A stretch of 64,000 nt of DNA, taken from Sphingomonadales bacterium (lineage in GTDB: Bacteria; Pseudomonadota; Alphaproteobacteria; CAZZKF01). Positions 42,611-52,723 of the stretch are shown piece by piece (the first letter of the stretch is position 1; every line of letters begins with the position of its first letter). The stretch is taken from contig JBHHWG010000001.1 in assembly GCA_046756385.1 (NCBI GenBank), positions 7,272 to 71,271 of the forward strand, in the 5' to 3' direction. The translations under genes and the position numbers were made by a program. A model generated the notes under the pieces. The model saw nothing but the letters and a program-made list of their open reading frames with translations, was not told where the DNA came from and did no database searches.

Positions 42611-43407
42611 GTCCCGGCCCCTGACGCAGGCGGTCGCGCCCTGGCGAACAGGCGGAAGAAATTGGCGGTTGTCGCGCGGGCGAATTCCTCCACGCCGATG
42701 CCCCTGACCTCGGCGACCCGGGCGGCGGTAAGTGCTGTGAATGCCGGCTCGTTGCGCTTGCCTCGTTTGGGAACCGGCGCCAGAAACGGTGCGTCGGTTT
42801 CGACCAGAATCCGGTCGAGCGGCAGGTCCGCCACGATGTCGCGCAGCGCCTCCGCCTTCTTAAAGGTGACGACCCCGGAAATTGACAGATACAGGCCAAA
42901 TTCCAACGCAGTTTCAGCGAGTTCCGATGACGAGCTAAAGCAATGCATGAGGCCGATGAAGGCGCCCTTCCCCATCTCGTCAGCCAGAATCTCCGCCATA
43001 TCCGCATCGGCATTGCGACTATGAATGATGATCGGCAGGCCCGTCCTTCGCGCGGCGTCGATGTGGGTGCGGAACACCTCCCGCTGCTTTTCGCGCGGGC
43101 TGCGGTCGTAATGATAATCAAGCCCGGTTTCGCCAATGCCGATTACCTTGGGGTGGTCCGACAGAGCCACCAGTCGGTCGACCGTTACATCCTCTTCGTG
43201 GGCGGCCTCGTGAGGATGGACGCCGACCGAGCACCAGACATCGTCGAATCGCTCAGCCACCGCACGCACCTGGTCGAAGCGTGACAAATGGGTGCAGATC
43301 GTCTGTAGCGTTGTGACGCCGGCGGCGCGGGCGCGGGCTACGATGTCATCCAGCTCATCCGCAAAGTCGGGAAAATCGAGATGGCAGTGACTGTCGACTA
43401 GCATCAT
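42607..43407 (-). CDS. tatD: TatD family hydrolase
   Basis: 266 aa; MMLVDSHCHLD N-terminus and TatD metal ligands. Confidence 0.85.
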   Translation of the reverse strand: MMLVDSHCHLDFPDFADELDDIVARARAAGVTTLQTICTHLSRFDQVRAVAERFDDVWCSVGVHPHEAAHEEDVTVDRLVALSDHPKVIGIGETGLDYHYDRSPREKQREVFRTHIDAARRTGLPIIIHSRNADADMAEILADEMGKGAFIGLMHCFSSSSELAETALEFGLYLSISGVVTFKKAEALRDIVADLPLDRILVETDAPFLAPVPKRGKRNEPAFTALTAARVAEVRGIGVEEFARATTANFFRLFARARPPASGAGT

Positions 43408-43412
43408 TCGTC

Positions 43413-44960
43413 CTAAGCGGCTTCGACGTGACGCGGAAAAACGCCCTGGGGCTTGGGCAACGCGGTTCCGGGATTCAGCCTTCCGCGCTCACCAAGATGC
43501 GTAAAGTCACGGGCGTCCCCGGGCACGCCCAACTGATCGAGCAGGCTGGAACAGGCTTGAGGCATGAAGGGTTGAGCCAGCACCGCGCAATGGCGCACGA
43601 CCTCGGCGGCCACATAGAGCACCGTGTTCATTCGCGCCGGATCAGTTTTCTTGAGGGCCCACGGCTCCTGCCTGGCGACATAGGAATTGGCGTCGCCGAT
43701 TAGCCGCCAGATAGCCTGCAACGCGATCTGGAAGCGCTGGCGGTCCAACGCTTCACGCATGGTCTCCAGAAGGCTCTCGGCGTGCTCGATCAGGACGCTG
43801 TCATCGGAGGTAAAGGCGCCGGGTTCGGGCATCCGGCCGGCGCGGTTCTTGGCGATCATCGAAAGCACTCGTTGCGCCAGATTGCCAAAATCGTTGGCCA
43901 GGTCGCCGTTGATGCGGCCGATGAAGGCGCGCCGCGAGAAATCGCCGTCGTTGCCGAACGGCACTTCGCGCAACAGGAAATATCGCAATTGGTCGAGGCC
44001 GAATTCATCGATCAGCGCCAGCGGGTCAATGACATTGCCCAGCGACTTGGAAATCTTTTGGCCCTCGTTCGTCCACCAGCCGTGAGCGAACACTCTCGCG
44101 GGCGGCTGCTCCCCGGCGGCGAGCAGGAAGGCCGGCCAATAGACGGCGTGGTGGCGCAGGATGTCCTTGCCGATCATGTTCAGGTCCGCCGGCCAGAACC
44201 TCGCGAAGTCGGTGGAGCCGTCCTCGCCGAAGCCGACATGAGTGATGTAATTGGTCAGCGCGTCGAGCCACACATACATCACATGGTCGTCCTGTCCCGG
44301 CACCGGAATGCCCCATTTGAAGCTGGTGCGCGAGATCGACAGATCGCGCAGGCCGCCGCGAACGAAACTGATGACTTCGTTGCGCCGGGTTTCGGGGCCG
44401 ACGAAGTCCGGATGTTTTTCGTAAAACTCGAGCAGCGGTTCGGCCCATTGGGACAGCCTGAAGAAATAGCTGGGCTCTTCAACCCACTCGACCGGCGCAC
44501 CTGATGGGGCCAGTTTTTCGCCGTTCGCACCCTTGATCAGCTCGCTCTCGGCGTAAAAGGTCTCGTCGCGGACCGAATACCAGCCCGAATAAACGTCCAG
44601 ATAAATCTGGCCCCGTTCCTCCAGCCGGTTCCAAAGCGCCTGGGCGGCTTTTTTATGCCGGTCCTCGGTGGTTCGGATAAAGGCGTCATTGGAGAAGTTC
44701 ATGGCCGCGGCCAGTTCGCGGAAATTTCCCGACACCCGGTCGCAGAATTCCAGCGGCTCCACACCGGCGGCCCGTGCCGATTTCTCGACCTTCTGGCCAT
44801 GTTCGTCGGTTCCGGTCAGGAACACGACATCATAACCGTCGAGGCGTTTGAAGCGCGCCAGCGCATCGCAGGCCAGCGTCGTGTAAGCATGCCCGATATG
44901 GGGCGCATCATTGACGTAATAAATCGGTGTCGTGATGTAATAGGGGGTGGCGTCCGTCAT
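43413..44960 (-). CDS. metG: methionine--tRNA ligase
   Basis: Start at MTDATPYYITTPIYYVN after a GGAGAAGG RBS. HIGH (PHIGHAYT) and KMSKS (KISKS) motifs; short form lacking the C-terminal dimerisation domain. Confidence 0.9.
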   Translation of the reverse strand: MTDATPYYITTPIYYVNDAPHIGHAYTTLACDALARFKRLDGYDVVFLTGTDEHGQKVEKSARAAGVEPLEFCDRVSGNFRELAAAMNFSNDAFIRTTEDRHKKAAQALWNRLEERGQIYLDVYSGWYSVRDETFYAESELIKGANGEKLAPSGAPVEWVEEPSYFFRLSQWAEPLLEFYEKHPDFVGPETRRNEVISFVRGGLRDLSISRTSFKWGIPVPGQDDHVMYVWLDALTNYITHVGFGEDGSTDFARFWPADLNMIGKDILRHHAVYWPAFLLAAGEQPPARVFAHGWWTNEGQKISKSLGNVIDPLALIDEFGLDQLRYFLLREVPFGNDGDFSRRAFIGRINGDLANDFGNLAQRVLSMIAKNRAGRMPEPGAFTSDDSVLIEHAESLLETMREALDRQRFQIALQAIWRLIGDANSYVARQEPWALKKTDPARMNTVLYVAAEVVRHCAVLAQPFMPQACSSLLDQLGVPGDARDFTHLGERGRLNPGTALPKPQGVFPRHVEAA

Positions 44961-45066
44961 CGCCTTCTCCCGGCTCGATTCTGAAATCACTGAAAGGGTT
45001 TGTTTAGCCGCTCGCACGGGGCGACAAAAGATTTAATTTGGGCCAATGCGCCGGGACTGTCCAGGA

Positions 45067-46131
45067 TCACCGCTGTGTTTCACGCATGCATGCCTGCAGG
45101 CGCGTGAAAATTGTGACCACGACCTGACGCTTATCAAGGTTTACCGCCGCGCAGCGCTCGATCAGTCGAGTCAATTCGTCCCATGTGCGGGTCCAGGGTT
45201 CGATGTCGCGGTCGGCTTGCCCGCCGGCGATCGCCCGTCTCTTGATGGCATCGGCAAGCCAGCCCTCCACCAGCCCGGTGAACAGGCGATAGCCGTCGTC
45301 AGCCCGCGTCAGCCGGTCAGCCAGGTCGTAGACCGCGCCGATGTCGAGATCTGGAAGCGGGTCCAGCAGCCCGGTAATGTCCCGGTAAAGCTCGACGCCC
45401 CCCTCGGCGGCCAGCGCCAGCGCCCGCCCCGGGCTGCCGCCCGCGAGCCGGGCCACCAGGGCCAAGTCGTGCTCGGTGAGGTCAGGATAATGGCGCGCCA
45501 CAATTCGGGAAACTTCGGAGTCCCGCAGCGGGCGCAAGGGCAACAGCCGGCAGCGCGAGCGGATGGTTGCGGGCAGCCTGCCTGGCGCGTGGGCCACCAG
45601 CAACAGAACGGCTCGGGCCGGCGGCTCTTCGAGTATTTTCAGCAGCGCGTTGGCGGCGTTGTTGTTCATTTCGTCGGCGGCGTCGACGACCGCTATTCGC
45701 CAGCCGCCTTCCGTGGCGGTCAGGCCGAAAAAGCCATGCAGCCGGCGGATATCATCGACCGCAATCGTACCGCGCAGCTTTTTCGTTTTCTGATCTATTG
45801 AACGCTCAACGGTGGTCAACCCGCCATGCCCGTTCGCCGTGATTCTTCTGAAGACGTCCGCATCCGGGTCGACATGCAGGCTGGCGCCGGGTTCGCCGAA
45901 TAGCCCGGCGGCCGAATTCGCGCCGCCGCCATTCAACAAATAGCGTGCGAATCGGTAGGCCAGAGTCGCCTTGCCGATGCCGCGCGGACCGGTGATCAGC
46001 CAACCGTGCGCCAGTCGGCCGGAGCTGTAGGCCTCGATGAGCGCCCGCTCGGCCTGGTCGTGACCAAAAAGGTCGGGATTTTCCCGCGGATGCGATGGCG
46101 CGAGCGCATCGGTATCGGCGGCGTTCACCAT
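45067..46131 (-). CDS. holB: DNA polymerase III subunit delta prime
   Basis: AAA+ clamp-loader fold (GPRGIGKATLA, SRC motif TIRSRCR). Start at 46131 chosen, 2 nt after the tmk stop. Confidence 0.8.
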   Translation of the reverse strand: MVNAADTDALAPSHPRENPDLFGHDQAERALIEAYSSGRLAHGWLITGPRGIGKATLAYRFARYLLNGGGANSAAGLFGEPGASLHVDPDADVFRRITANGHGGLTTVERSIDQKTKKLRGTIAVDDIRRLHGFFGLTATEGGWRIAVVDAADEMNNNAANALLKILEEPPARAVLLLVAHAPGRLPATIRSRCRLLPLRPLRDSEVSRIVARHYPDLTEHDLALVARLAGGSPGRALALAAEGGVELYRDITGLLDPLPDLDIGAVYDLADRLTRADDGYRLFTGLVEGWLADAIKRRAIAGGQADRDIEPWTRTWDELTRLIERCAAVNLDKRQVVVTIFTRLQACMRETQR

Positions 46132-46133
46132 TC

Positions 46134-46787
46134 CTACAGCCCGAAATGCCTTGCGACCTTGGCCCAAACGGCCGCCGCAACGCTATCGACATCGCCGGCT
46201 GCGTCGACGATAGCGCAGCGCTGTGGCTCGTTGCGGGCGATATCCAACAGGCCTTCGCGAAGCCGTTCGTGAAAAGCCAGGCCCATGCGTTCGAACCGAT
46301 CCTCAGCCGGGCCGTCGCCCGTTTCCACGCGACGGCCGGCGCGCGCAAGGCCGACTGTCGCGGGCAGATCCAGAATGATCGTAAAATCGGGCCGGAACGG
46401 CCCGACCACGATATTGTAAAGGTCGGATATGACATCGGTCCCCAGGCCATGGGCATGACCTTGATAAGCCATCGTCGAGTCGGCGAAACGGTCGCTGACG
46501 ACCCACTTGCCTTGTTTAAGCGCCGGCAGAATTGTGCGTTCGAGATGTTCCTTGCGGGCAGCGAACAGCAACAAGGCCTCGGTCATCGGGGTCCAGCGCC
46601 CGACGTCGCCGTCCACCAATAGCCGGCGGATCGCCTCGGCGCCATCCGAGCCACCGGGCTCCCGCGTTGCAACGACCCTGACGCCGCATTCCCGCAGGCG
46701 ATCGACCAGCAGCCCGACTTGTGTCGATTTCCCGGTCCCTTCGCCGCCCTCAAGGGTGATAAATCGGCCTTGAACCTGATCCGGCAT
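46134..46787 (-). CDS. tmk: thymidylate kinase
   Basis: Start at MPDQVQGRFITLEGGEGTGKST (P-loop), with a DRF motif; 217 aa. Confidence 0.85.
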   Translation of the reverse strand: MPDQVQGRFITLEGGEGTGKSTQVGLLVDRLRECGVRVVATREPGGSDGAEAIRRLLVDGDVGRWTPMTEALLLFAARKEHLERTILPALKQGKWVVSDRFADSTMAYQGHAHGLGTDVISDLYNIVVGPFRPDFTIILDLPATVGLARAGRRVETGDGPAEDRFERMGLAFHERLREGLLDIARNEPQRCAIVDAAGDVDSVAAAVWAKVARHFGL

Positions 46788-46791
46788 GGGC

Positions 46792-47982
46792 CTAACTACC
46801 TGACGCTGAGCCCCATAAAAGATAGCCAAAAGCGGCCTTGATCCGACCCAGCGGCCCCAAACCGCCAACGCTTGCATCCGCCAAAAGTGGCAGGGTGATG
46901 GTTTCGGTTTCCGGGGTCGAAATTTCGAGCCTGCCAATCTGCTGGCCGGCGGCTATCGGGGCCGCGACCGGCTCGTCCCGCACGACCTTGACCTTCAGCC
47001 CGCGCCGGGCGCGTCGACTGAGAGTAAGGGTTACGTCACTGGCCACCACGAGGCCGACTTTTTCCTGGTCCCCGAGCCATACATTAGCCTTGTCCACAGT
47101 CTCACCGGCGCGAAGAAGATCGAAATTATTGAAGTTACGGAATCCGAATTCGAGCAGGCGGCCGCTTTCTTGCTTGCGGGCGCGATCACTGTCGAGCCCG
47201 GCGATAACCAGGGTCAGACGCCGCCCTTCGCGAATCGCCGAAGCGGTAATGCTGTATCCGGCTTCCTCGGTATGTCCGGTCTTCAGGCCGTCGGCGCCGT
47301 TGTCATTGAACAACAACGGGTTACGGTTTCCCTGCGTGATCGGCTTTCCGGTCGAAACATCGATGCCGTAGGTAAAGGAGCGCTCGGCGAACAGCGGATA
47401 AAATTGCGGGAAGTCTTCGATTAACCGGCGCGCCAGCACGGCGAGGTCGCGGGCCGACATGTAGTGCCGGGGATCGGGCCAGCCGGTGGCGTTGGAGAAA
47501 TGGCTGTCGGTCAGGCCGATTTCGCGCGCGCGCTCCGTCATCAATTGAGCGAAATACTCTTCGGTTCCGGCCAGCCCCTCGGCCAACACGATGCAGGCGT
47601 CGTTGCCGGACTGAACGATCACGCCCCTCAAGAGGTCCTCGACCCGGATCCGGTCGCCGACTTTGACGAACATTTTGGATCCGCCCATGCGCCATGCCTT
47701 CTCGGTGACCGGAAGCGTGTCATCGAGTGTCAAGCCACCCTCCGCGAGCCGTTCGAATACCAGGTAGATGGTCATGAGTTTGCTCATTGACGCCGGTGGC
47801 ATCACGGCGTCTGCATTCTTCTCGAACAGCACCGTGCCGGTATCGTGGTCAACCAGCATCGCGTATTTGGCCGGGGTATCGAACGGCGGCGCGGCCACTG
47901 CATTGCCGGCCACAACCAGCAGGATCGCCGCTGCCAGCAACTGCACCGGCCGTCGCGCCAGGCGCAAAAAAACAATAGTCAT
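46792..47982 (-). CDS. D-alanyl-D-alanine carboxypeptidase (serine-type, PBP5/6 family)
   Basis: 396 aa with signal peptide, SxxK (SMSKLMT), SGN (SGND) and KTG (KTGHT) motifs. Confidence 0.8.
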   Translation of the reverse strand: MTIVFLRLARRPVQLLAAAILLVVAGNAVAAPPFDTPAKYAMLVDHDTGTVLFEKNADAVMPPASMSKLMTIYLVFERLAEGGLTLDDTLPVTEKAWRMGGSKMFVKVGDRIRVEDLLRGVIVQSGNDACIVLAEGLAGTEEYFAQLMTERAREIGLTDSHFSNATGWPDPRHYMSARDLAVLARRLIEDFPQFYPLFAERSFTYGIDVSTGKPITQGNRNPLLFNDNGADGLKTGHTEEAGYSITASAIREGRRLTLVIAGLDSDRARKQESGRLLEFGFRNFNNFDLLRAGETVDKANVWLGDQEKVGLVVASDVTLTLSRRARRGLKVKVVRDEPVAAPIAAGQQIGRLEISTPETETITLPLLADASVGGLGPLGRIKAAFGYLLWGSASGS

Positions 47983-48090
47983 AAATTCAACTCTCTTCCC
48001 GATAGGCGGTATTCGCTGTGTCTGACTAATTTCAGCCCGAGTTTATTCCGAGACCGGGGGGGCATCAACCAGTGTTCGTCGCGAATTGGG

Positions 48091-48906
48091 CTATTCGACC
48101 ACGATCCGGGCGTCGATGTCGCCAGTTGCCATTACCTCGTTAAGGACCGTATTGGCGTTCTCGATGGTGCTGAGCGGCCCGACCCGAACGCGATAGAACA
48201 GTTCGCCGTCGATTTCGACCCTGGTGATCCGAAGCGGGCCAATGCCGTCCAGTTCCGCCGCAACCCGCGTTGCATTGCCCGGGTCCAGGTAAGACCCGGC
48301 ATGGACGTAGAGCCCGGTCGGTGTCGCCGCGCCGGTCTCAACGCTGTCCGAGCGCTCGGCGACGTTGCGCTTCTTCCTCGGCCGCCCGTCGGCGTCGACC
48401 GCCTGAACCCTGACCCGGGTTACGCCTTGCTTCTCAAACCCCAAAATTTGGGCCGCCCTGCGCGATAGGTCAATAATTCGGCCGCGGGCATATGGTCCCC
48501 GGTCATTAACACGAAGCACCACGGATCGAGCGTTTTGCAGATTTGTCACACGCACCAGACTCGGCATCGGCAGCGTCGTGTGCGCCGCCGTCATCGCCCA
48601 CATGTCGTAGCGCTCACCATTGGCGGTTTGCTTGCCGTGGAACTTTGGTCCGTACCATGACGCCATACCGGTACGGTCATAATAGGGGTCGGCCTTCGGG
48701 TAATACCAGACACCGGCGATCTTGTAGGGCTTGCCTATTTTGACCGCGCCAGTCGGTTTCGAGGGCAATGGCGGCGCTTTGAAGCTCGGCCCGGCGCAGG
48801 CGGAGAGCCAGGCCGTCAGAAAAATCGCTGCCCACCCCTGCCGCACTGACAAGGTGCCGAATAAGGTGCCGAATTGGGCAGGCGCGGCGGCTTGTGACGG
48901 CGTCAC
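48091..48906 (-). CDS. rlpA: septal ring lytic transglycosylase RlpA family protein with SPOR domain
   Basis: 271 aa. DPBB domain (ASWYGPKFHGKQTANGERYD) and a C-terminal SPOR-like domain. Confidence 0.75.
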   Translation of the reverse strand: MTPSQAAAPAQFGTLFGTLSVRQGWAAIFLTAWLSACAGPSFKAPPLPSKPTGAVKIGKPYKIAGVWYYPKADPYYDRTGMASWYGPKFHGKQTANGERYDMWAMTAAHTTLPMPSLVRVTNLQNARSVVLRVNDRGPYARGRIIDLSRRAAQILGFEKQGVTRVRVQAVDADGRPRKKRNVAERSDSVETGAATPTGLYVHAGSYLDPGNATRVAAELDGIGPLRITRVEIDGELFYRVRVGPLSTIENANTVLNEVMATGDIDARIVVE

Positions 48907-49949
48907 CGCGCGATCCGATCCGCCAGGGCGCCGACGGCGATGGCGTAGAAATTGGAGCAGTTATAGCGCAGGATCGACCGGTAATTCCTGTAGGTCAGAT
49001 AAGCTGGCCCGTCCGTGCCCTGCGGCATGACCAGGGTTGCCTGAAGCGCCCTGTCCGGCAGGTCGCGCCCGTCAGCCCGGCGCACCCCGAGCGCTTGCCA
49101 TTCCGGCAGGCTCAGGGACACGGTATGATGTTTGAGCGCGCGGCGGCATGACTTTGGCTGTGTGCCGGGCTTGAGTTCGGCCAGCCTGTCGCCGAATCCC
49201 GGGGGCAGCTTGACCTCCCGGCCCCAGGTCTGATCGTCGCTCCAACCGTGGCGGGCCAGATAATTGGCGATCGAGGCGAACACATCGGCGCGATTGCCCC
49301 AGATGTCCGCGCGCCCGTCGCCGTCCTGATCGCGCGCGAAGGTCAGAAATGACGATGGCATGAACTGGCTTTGCCCCATCGCCCCGGCCCAGGAGCCGAG
49401 CATCTCGGAAAAACCAATATGCCCTTCATCTAAAACTTTAAGTGCGTTAAGTAATTCCTTGCGAAAAAAGGTGCTTCTCCGTCCATCAAAGGCCAGGGTT
49501 GCGAGCGCGCCGATGACCGGATAGCCGCCCATGAAGCTGCCATAGTTGGTTTCCAATCCCCATATCGCGGCAATGAAACGGGGCTGCACCTCATATTGTT
49601 CAGCAACGCGCGTCAACAGCGCCTTGTTCTCCGCCATCATCCGTTGGCCCCGTTCGATACGGGTCCTGGACAGACGCGCCGCCAGATACTGGGTAAAGGT
49701 CTGGGTGAACTCGGGTTGATGGCGATCCAGTTCTATGACGCGCGGGATCGGCTCAAGGCCGGACAGCGCCACCGACAGGATTTCTTTCCCGATACCGGCC
49801 GCCTCCGCTTCGGCACGAAGCCCCTCAAGCCAACGATCGAAATCGGCTGTGGAATTTGTCTCCGACGCCGCGGTTGTCTGGGCCAAAGGGCCGTTTTGGA
49901 AAACAACAGCAAGCGAAACCAGGAGGATCGCGAAACGGACTATGTGCAC
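48903..49949 (-). CDS. lytic murein transglycosylase (MltB/Slt35-like)
   Basis: 348 aa with signal peptide. MltB-family catalytic region; C-terminal PG-binding-like region. 4-nt overlap with rlpA. Confidence 0.75.
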   Translation of the reverse strand: MHIVRFAILLVSLAVVFQNGPLAQTTAASETNSTADFDRWLEGLRAEAEAAGIGKEILSVALSGLEPIPRVIELDRHQPEFTQTFTQYLAARLSRTRIERGQRMMAENKALLTRVAEQYEVQPRFIAAIWGLETNYGSFMGGYPVIGALATLAFDGRRSTFFRKELLNALKVLDEGHIGFSEMLGSWAGAMGQSQFMPSSFLTFARDQDGDGRADIWGNRADVFASIANYLARHGWSDDQTWGREVKLPPGFGDRLAELKPGTQPKSCRRALKHHTVSLSLPEWQALGVRRADGRDLPDRALQATLVMPQGTDGPAYLTYRNYRSILRYNCSNFYAIAVGALADRIAR

Positions 49950-50135
49950 CGTGGGGTCCCAACCTTGACGTTATCCATTCTAAAGACTTTGTGCCATAAT
50001 CGCGGGTGCCGGCGCAACAACCTCAATTCCCGGAAATCCACCAGAGTGCACGCTGATCTGCCGTGCCCGCCACGGAACGCATCGGCACAGTTACACTTGA
50101 CGTGGTCATGGACCGGGGCTAATTGCTAGGCTCGT

Positions 50136-50225
50136 GGATGGGTGGCCGAGTGGCTGAAGGCACCGGTCTTGAAAACCGGCAGGCGTGCGAGCGCCTCGTG
50201 GGTTCGAATCCCACCCCATCCGCCA
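50136..50225 (+). tRNA. tRNA-Ser (anticodon TGA)
   Basis: 90 nt. 7-bp acceptor stem GGATGGG/CCCATCC, anticodon loop CTTGAAA, long variable arm, GGTTCGAATCC T-loop, 3' GCCA. Confidence 0.85.
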
Positions 50226-50234
50226 ACAACGAAT

Positions 50235-50483
50235 TTAGCGAGCCAAGCGGGCTTCGGCGAGTTCCAGATTGCGCCGGATCAGGTCGGTGATCGCGCCCGA
50301 ATTTGGCTCCAGCTCAAGTGCGCTGTGATAATCTCGAATGGCGTCCTCAAGCTGGTTCGTGACGAGCCGCGCCGTGCCCCGGTTTACGAATGCCTGCCAT
50401 CGGCCGGGAAAGAGTTCGATCGCGCGGTCGCAAGTGGCGAACGCCTCGGCAGCCTCACCGCTGGCGCTCAGCGCGACACACAA
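50235..50483 (-). pseudogene. possible N-terminally truncated TPR-protein remnant
   Basis: 82-aa ORF with two TPR-like repeats. It begins in the middle of a repeat with no RBS, and lies between two tRNA genes. Confidence 0.3.
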
Positions 50484-50604
50484 CGCATTAAGGCCGAAAT
50501 AGCGATGAATCGCGTTATAACTGGTGCAGCATTACACCAAAATGGCCAACCAAAAGGTGCTCGCGATCCGCGCAATCACAAAAAGAGCGGAACACGATCG
50601 AAAC

Positions 50605-50642
50605 AAAAGTGCGAAACTTTCTGGAAAAAGTGCGAAACTTTC
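50605..50642. repeat. 17-nt tandem direct repeat (2 copies, 21-nt period)
   Basis: AAAAGTGCGAAACTTTC occurs at 50605-50621 and 50626-50642 in an AT-rich tract between the two tRNA genes. Confidence 0.6.
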
Positions 50643-50700
50643 CGAAAAGAACAAACCGTGTCCACCGGCAAGCGATTGATCGCATTGAGAAAAAGAGAAG

Positions 50701-50776
50701 TGGCGACCCCTACGGGACTCGAACCCGTGTTGCCGGCGTGAAAGGCCGGTGTCCTAGGCCACTAGACGAAGGGGTC
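50701..50776 (-). tRNA. tRNA-Glu (anticodon TTC)
   Basis: 76 nt on the minus strand. Acceptor GACCCCT/AGGGGTC, anticodon loop CTTTCAC, T-loop GGTTCGAGTCC, 3' GCCA. Confidence 0.85.
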
Positions 50777-50877
50777 TTTATGTGAGCCGGGGAGTGATCT
50801 AAATGGTCCGGTCCGGTCCGTCAAGACAAATTGCCCGCTTTTTGAAAACTGCGTCCCATCAGGGAGCTTTATACTGG

Positions 50878-52701
50878 TTATACCCGCGTCGCATCATCGA
50901 TCGTGAACTGGACCCGGGGCTTGCCCTGCCAGCTATCGGCCCGCAGGCGGCCCGCAATGTGGAGCGCGCCTCGCGCCGTCACCAGGGTTTGACCCAGCGC
51001 ATTGTCCGCGGCCCGAAAGGCGATCGCCGTCAGTCGGCCGCCATCGTTTCCCGACAGCACACAACGCACATGGTTACGCCCGACCATGTCGGCGCGGACC
51101 ACACTGACGCGGGACAACACGAACCGGGGTTCGGGATTTCCAGCGCCAAACGGCCCGGCCTGCGCAAGTTGATCGGCGAGTTCCACAGTGGCGCCGCGCA
51201 GCGCCAAAGCGCCGTCGATGCCCAGGCTGGCGTTCGCAACCGCGGCTTGCACGCTCGGGGCCAGGCGTTCACACAAAAATGCTTCCAGCTCAGCGAGGCG
51301 TGTCGTCTTGACGGTAAGGCCGGCGGCCATGGCGTGACCGCCGCCGCCAACCAGCAGACCGGCCTGCCGGGCCGCCGTCACCGCCGCGCCCAGATCGACC
51401 CCGGGGATCGAGCGGCCCGACCCCTTGCCCTCCCCGTCCGCCAGCGCGATCACGAAAGTCGGGCGTCCAAGCTTTTCCTTTATCCGGCTGGCCACAATGC
51501 CGATCACGCCCGCATGCCAGCCCTCTGAAGCGACACACACCACCGGCGGCGGCGTTCCATCGTCCGAAAGCCGGGCCATCGCCAACCCCAGGGCGGTTTC
51601 CTCGACCGCTGCTTCGATTTCCTGGCGCTGTTTGTTGAGCGCATCGAGTTCCAGGGCGATGCGCTGCGCTTCCTCCGCGTCGCGGGTGGTCAATAGACGC
51701 ACGCCCAAATCGGAGGCGCCGACCCGTCCCCCGGCATTGACGCGCGGGCCGAGCAGGAAACCGGCGTGATAGGTTCCAGGCGGCTCTGTAAGCCGGCTGA
51801 CATCCCCCAGGGCCGCCAGCCCGGTATTGCGTCTCTTGGCCATGACCTTGAGCCCCTGGGCCACCAGCGCCCGGTTGAGACCCGTAAGCGGCACCACGTC
51901 GCACACCGTGCCCAGCGCGACCAGATCGAGCCACTGCAACAGCCCCGGCTCGCGCCGGCCGCCGCCGGAGCTGTACCAACCGGCGGCGCGCAAGGCCCGA
52001 TTGATCGCCACGACCAGCACAAAGGCGACACCAACTGCCGCGAGATTGCCGTATTCGCCGTCTTCGTCGAGGCGGTTGGGGTTTACCACCGCCAACGCGG
52101 TCGGCAGGTCCGGTCCGGTCTGGTGATGATCAACAACCACGATATCGAGCCCCGCCGCGGCGGCCTCGGCAAGCGGCTTATGAGCCATCGTTCCGCAGTC
52201 GACCGTGACCACTAGCGAGACGCCTTCGTCCTTTAGCGCCAGCAACGCGGGCGCAGTGGGCCCGTACCCCTCCTTGAGCCGATCAGGGATGTAGACCCGA
52301 AGGTCCCGGCCCACCGCCTCGAAAAAGCGAGCCAGCAAGGCCGATGAAGTTGCGCCATCAACATCATAATCGCCGAACACAGCCACTTTTTCGCCGGATA
52401 TTATCGCCTCCGCGATGCGTTGGCCGGCGAGGTCCATATCCTTGAAGCGGGACGGGTCGGGCAGGCTTTGCTTGAGTGACGGACTCAGATAATCGGCGGC
52501 GGCATCGACCGCGACCCCGCGCGCCGCCAGTACCCGGCCGATAATTTCGGCCACGCCAAGGCGCTGGGAGATCGCGATCGCGGCACGTTCGTCCGTAAGG
52601 CGGCTTCGCCATCGGCGTCCGGTCGCCGATTGATCGACGCCCAGAAACGCCGGAAGATCGGCGTCGGTCGCGTCGGGTGAGGCCTCCATCTCTTTATTCA
52701 C
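50878..52701 (-). CDS. recJ: single-stranded-DNA-specific exonuclease RecJ
   Basis: 607 aa; DHH and DHHA1 motifs (VDHHQ, GGGHAMAAG). Confidence 0.9.
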   Translation of the reverse strand: MNKEMEASPDATDADLPAFLGVDQSATGRRWRSRLTDERAAIAISQRLGVAEIIGRVLAARGVAVDAAADYLSPSLKQSLPDPSRFKDMDLAGQRIAEAIISGEKVAVFGDYDVDGATSSALLARFFEAVGRDLRVYIPDRLKEGYGPTAPALLALKDEGVSLVVTVDCGTMAHKPLAEAAAAGLDIVVVDHHQTGPDLPTALAVVNPNRLDEDGEYGNLAAVGVAFVLVVAINRALRAAGWYSSGGGRREPGLLQWLDLVALGTVCDVVPLTGLNRALVAQGLKVMAKRRNTGLAALGDVSRLTEPPGTYHAGFLLGPRVNAGGRVGASDLGVRLLTTRDAEEAQRIALELDALNKQRQEIEAAVEETALGLAMARLSDDGTPPPVVCVASEGWHAGVIGIVASRIKEKLGRPTFVIALADGEGKGSGRSIPGVDLGAAVTAARQAGLLVGGGGHAMAAGLTVKTTRLAELEAFLCERLAPSVQAAVANASLGIDGALALRGATVELADQLAQAGPFGAGNPEPRFVLSRVSVVRADMVGRNHVRCVLSGNDGGRLTAIAFRAADNALGQTLVTARGALHIAGRLRADSWQGKPRVQFTIDDATRV

Positions 52702-52723
52702 GCGGTCGTACCGCTGGCGGTTT

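Noticed and set aside
50142-50741. 199-aa plus-strand ORF
   Set aside because: It begins inside tRNA-Ser and runs through the inter-tRNA spacer. A tRNA assignment is far better supported.
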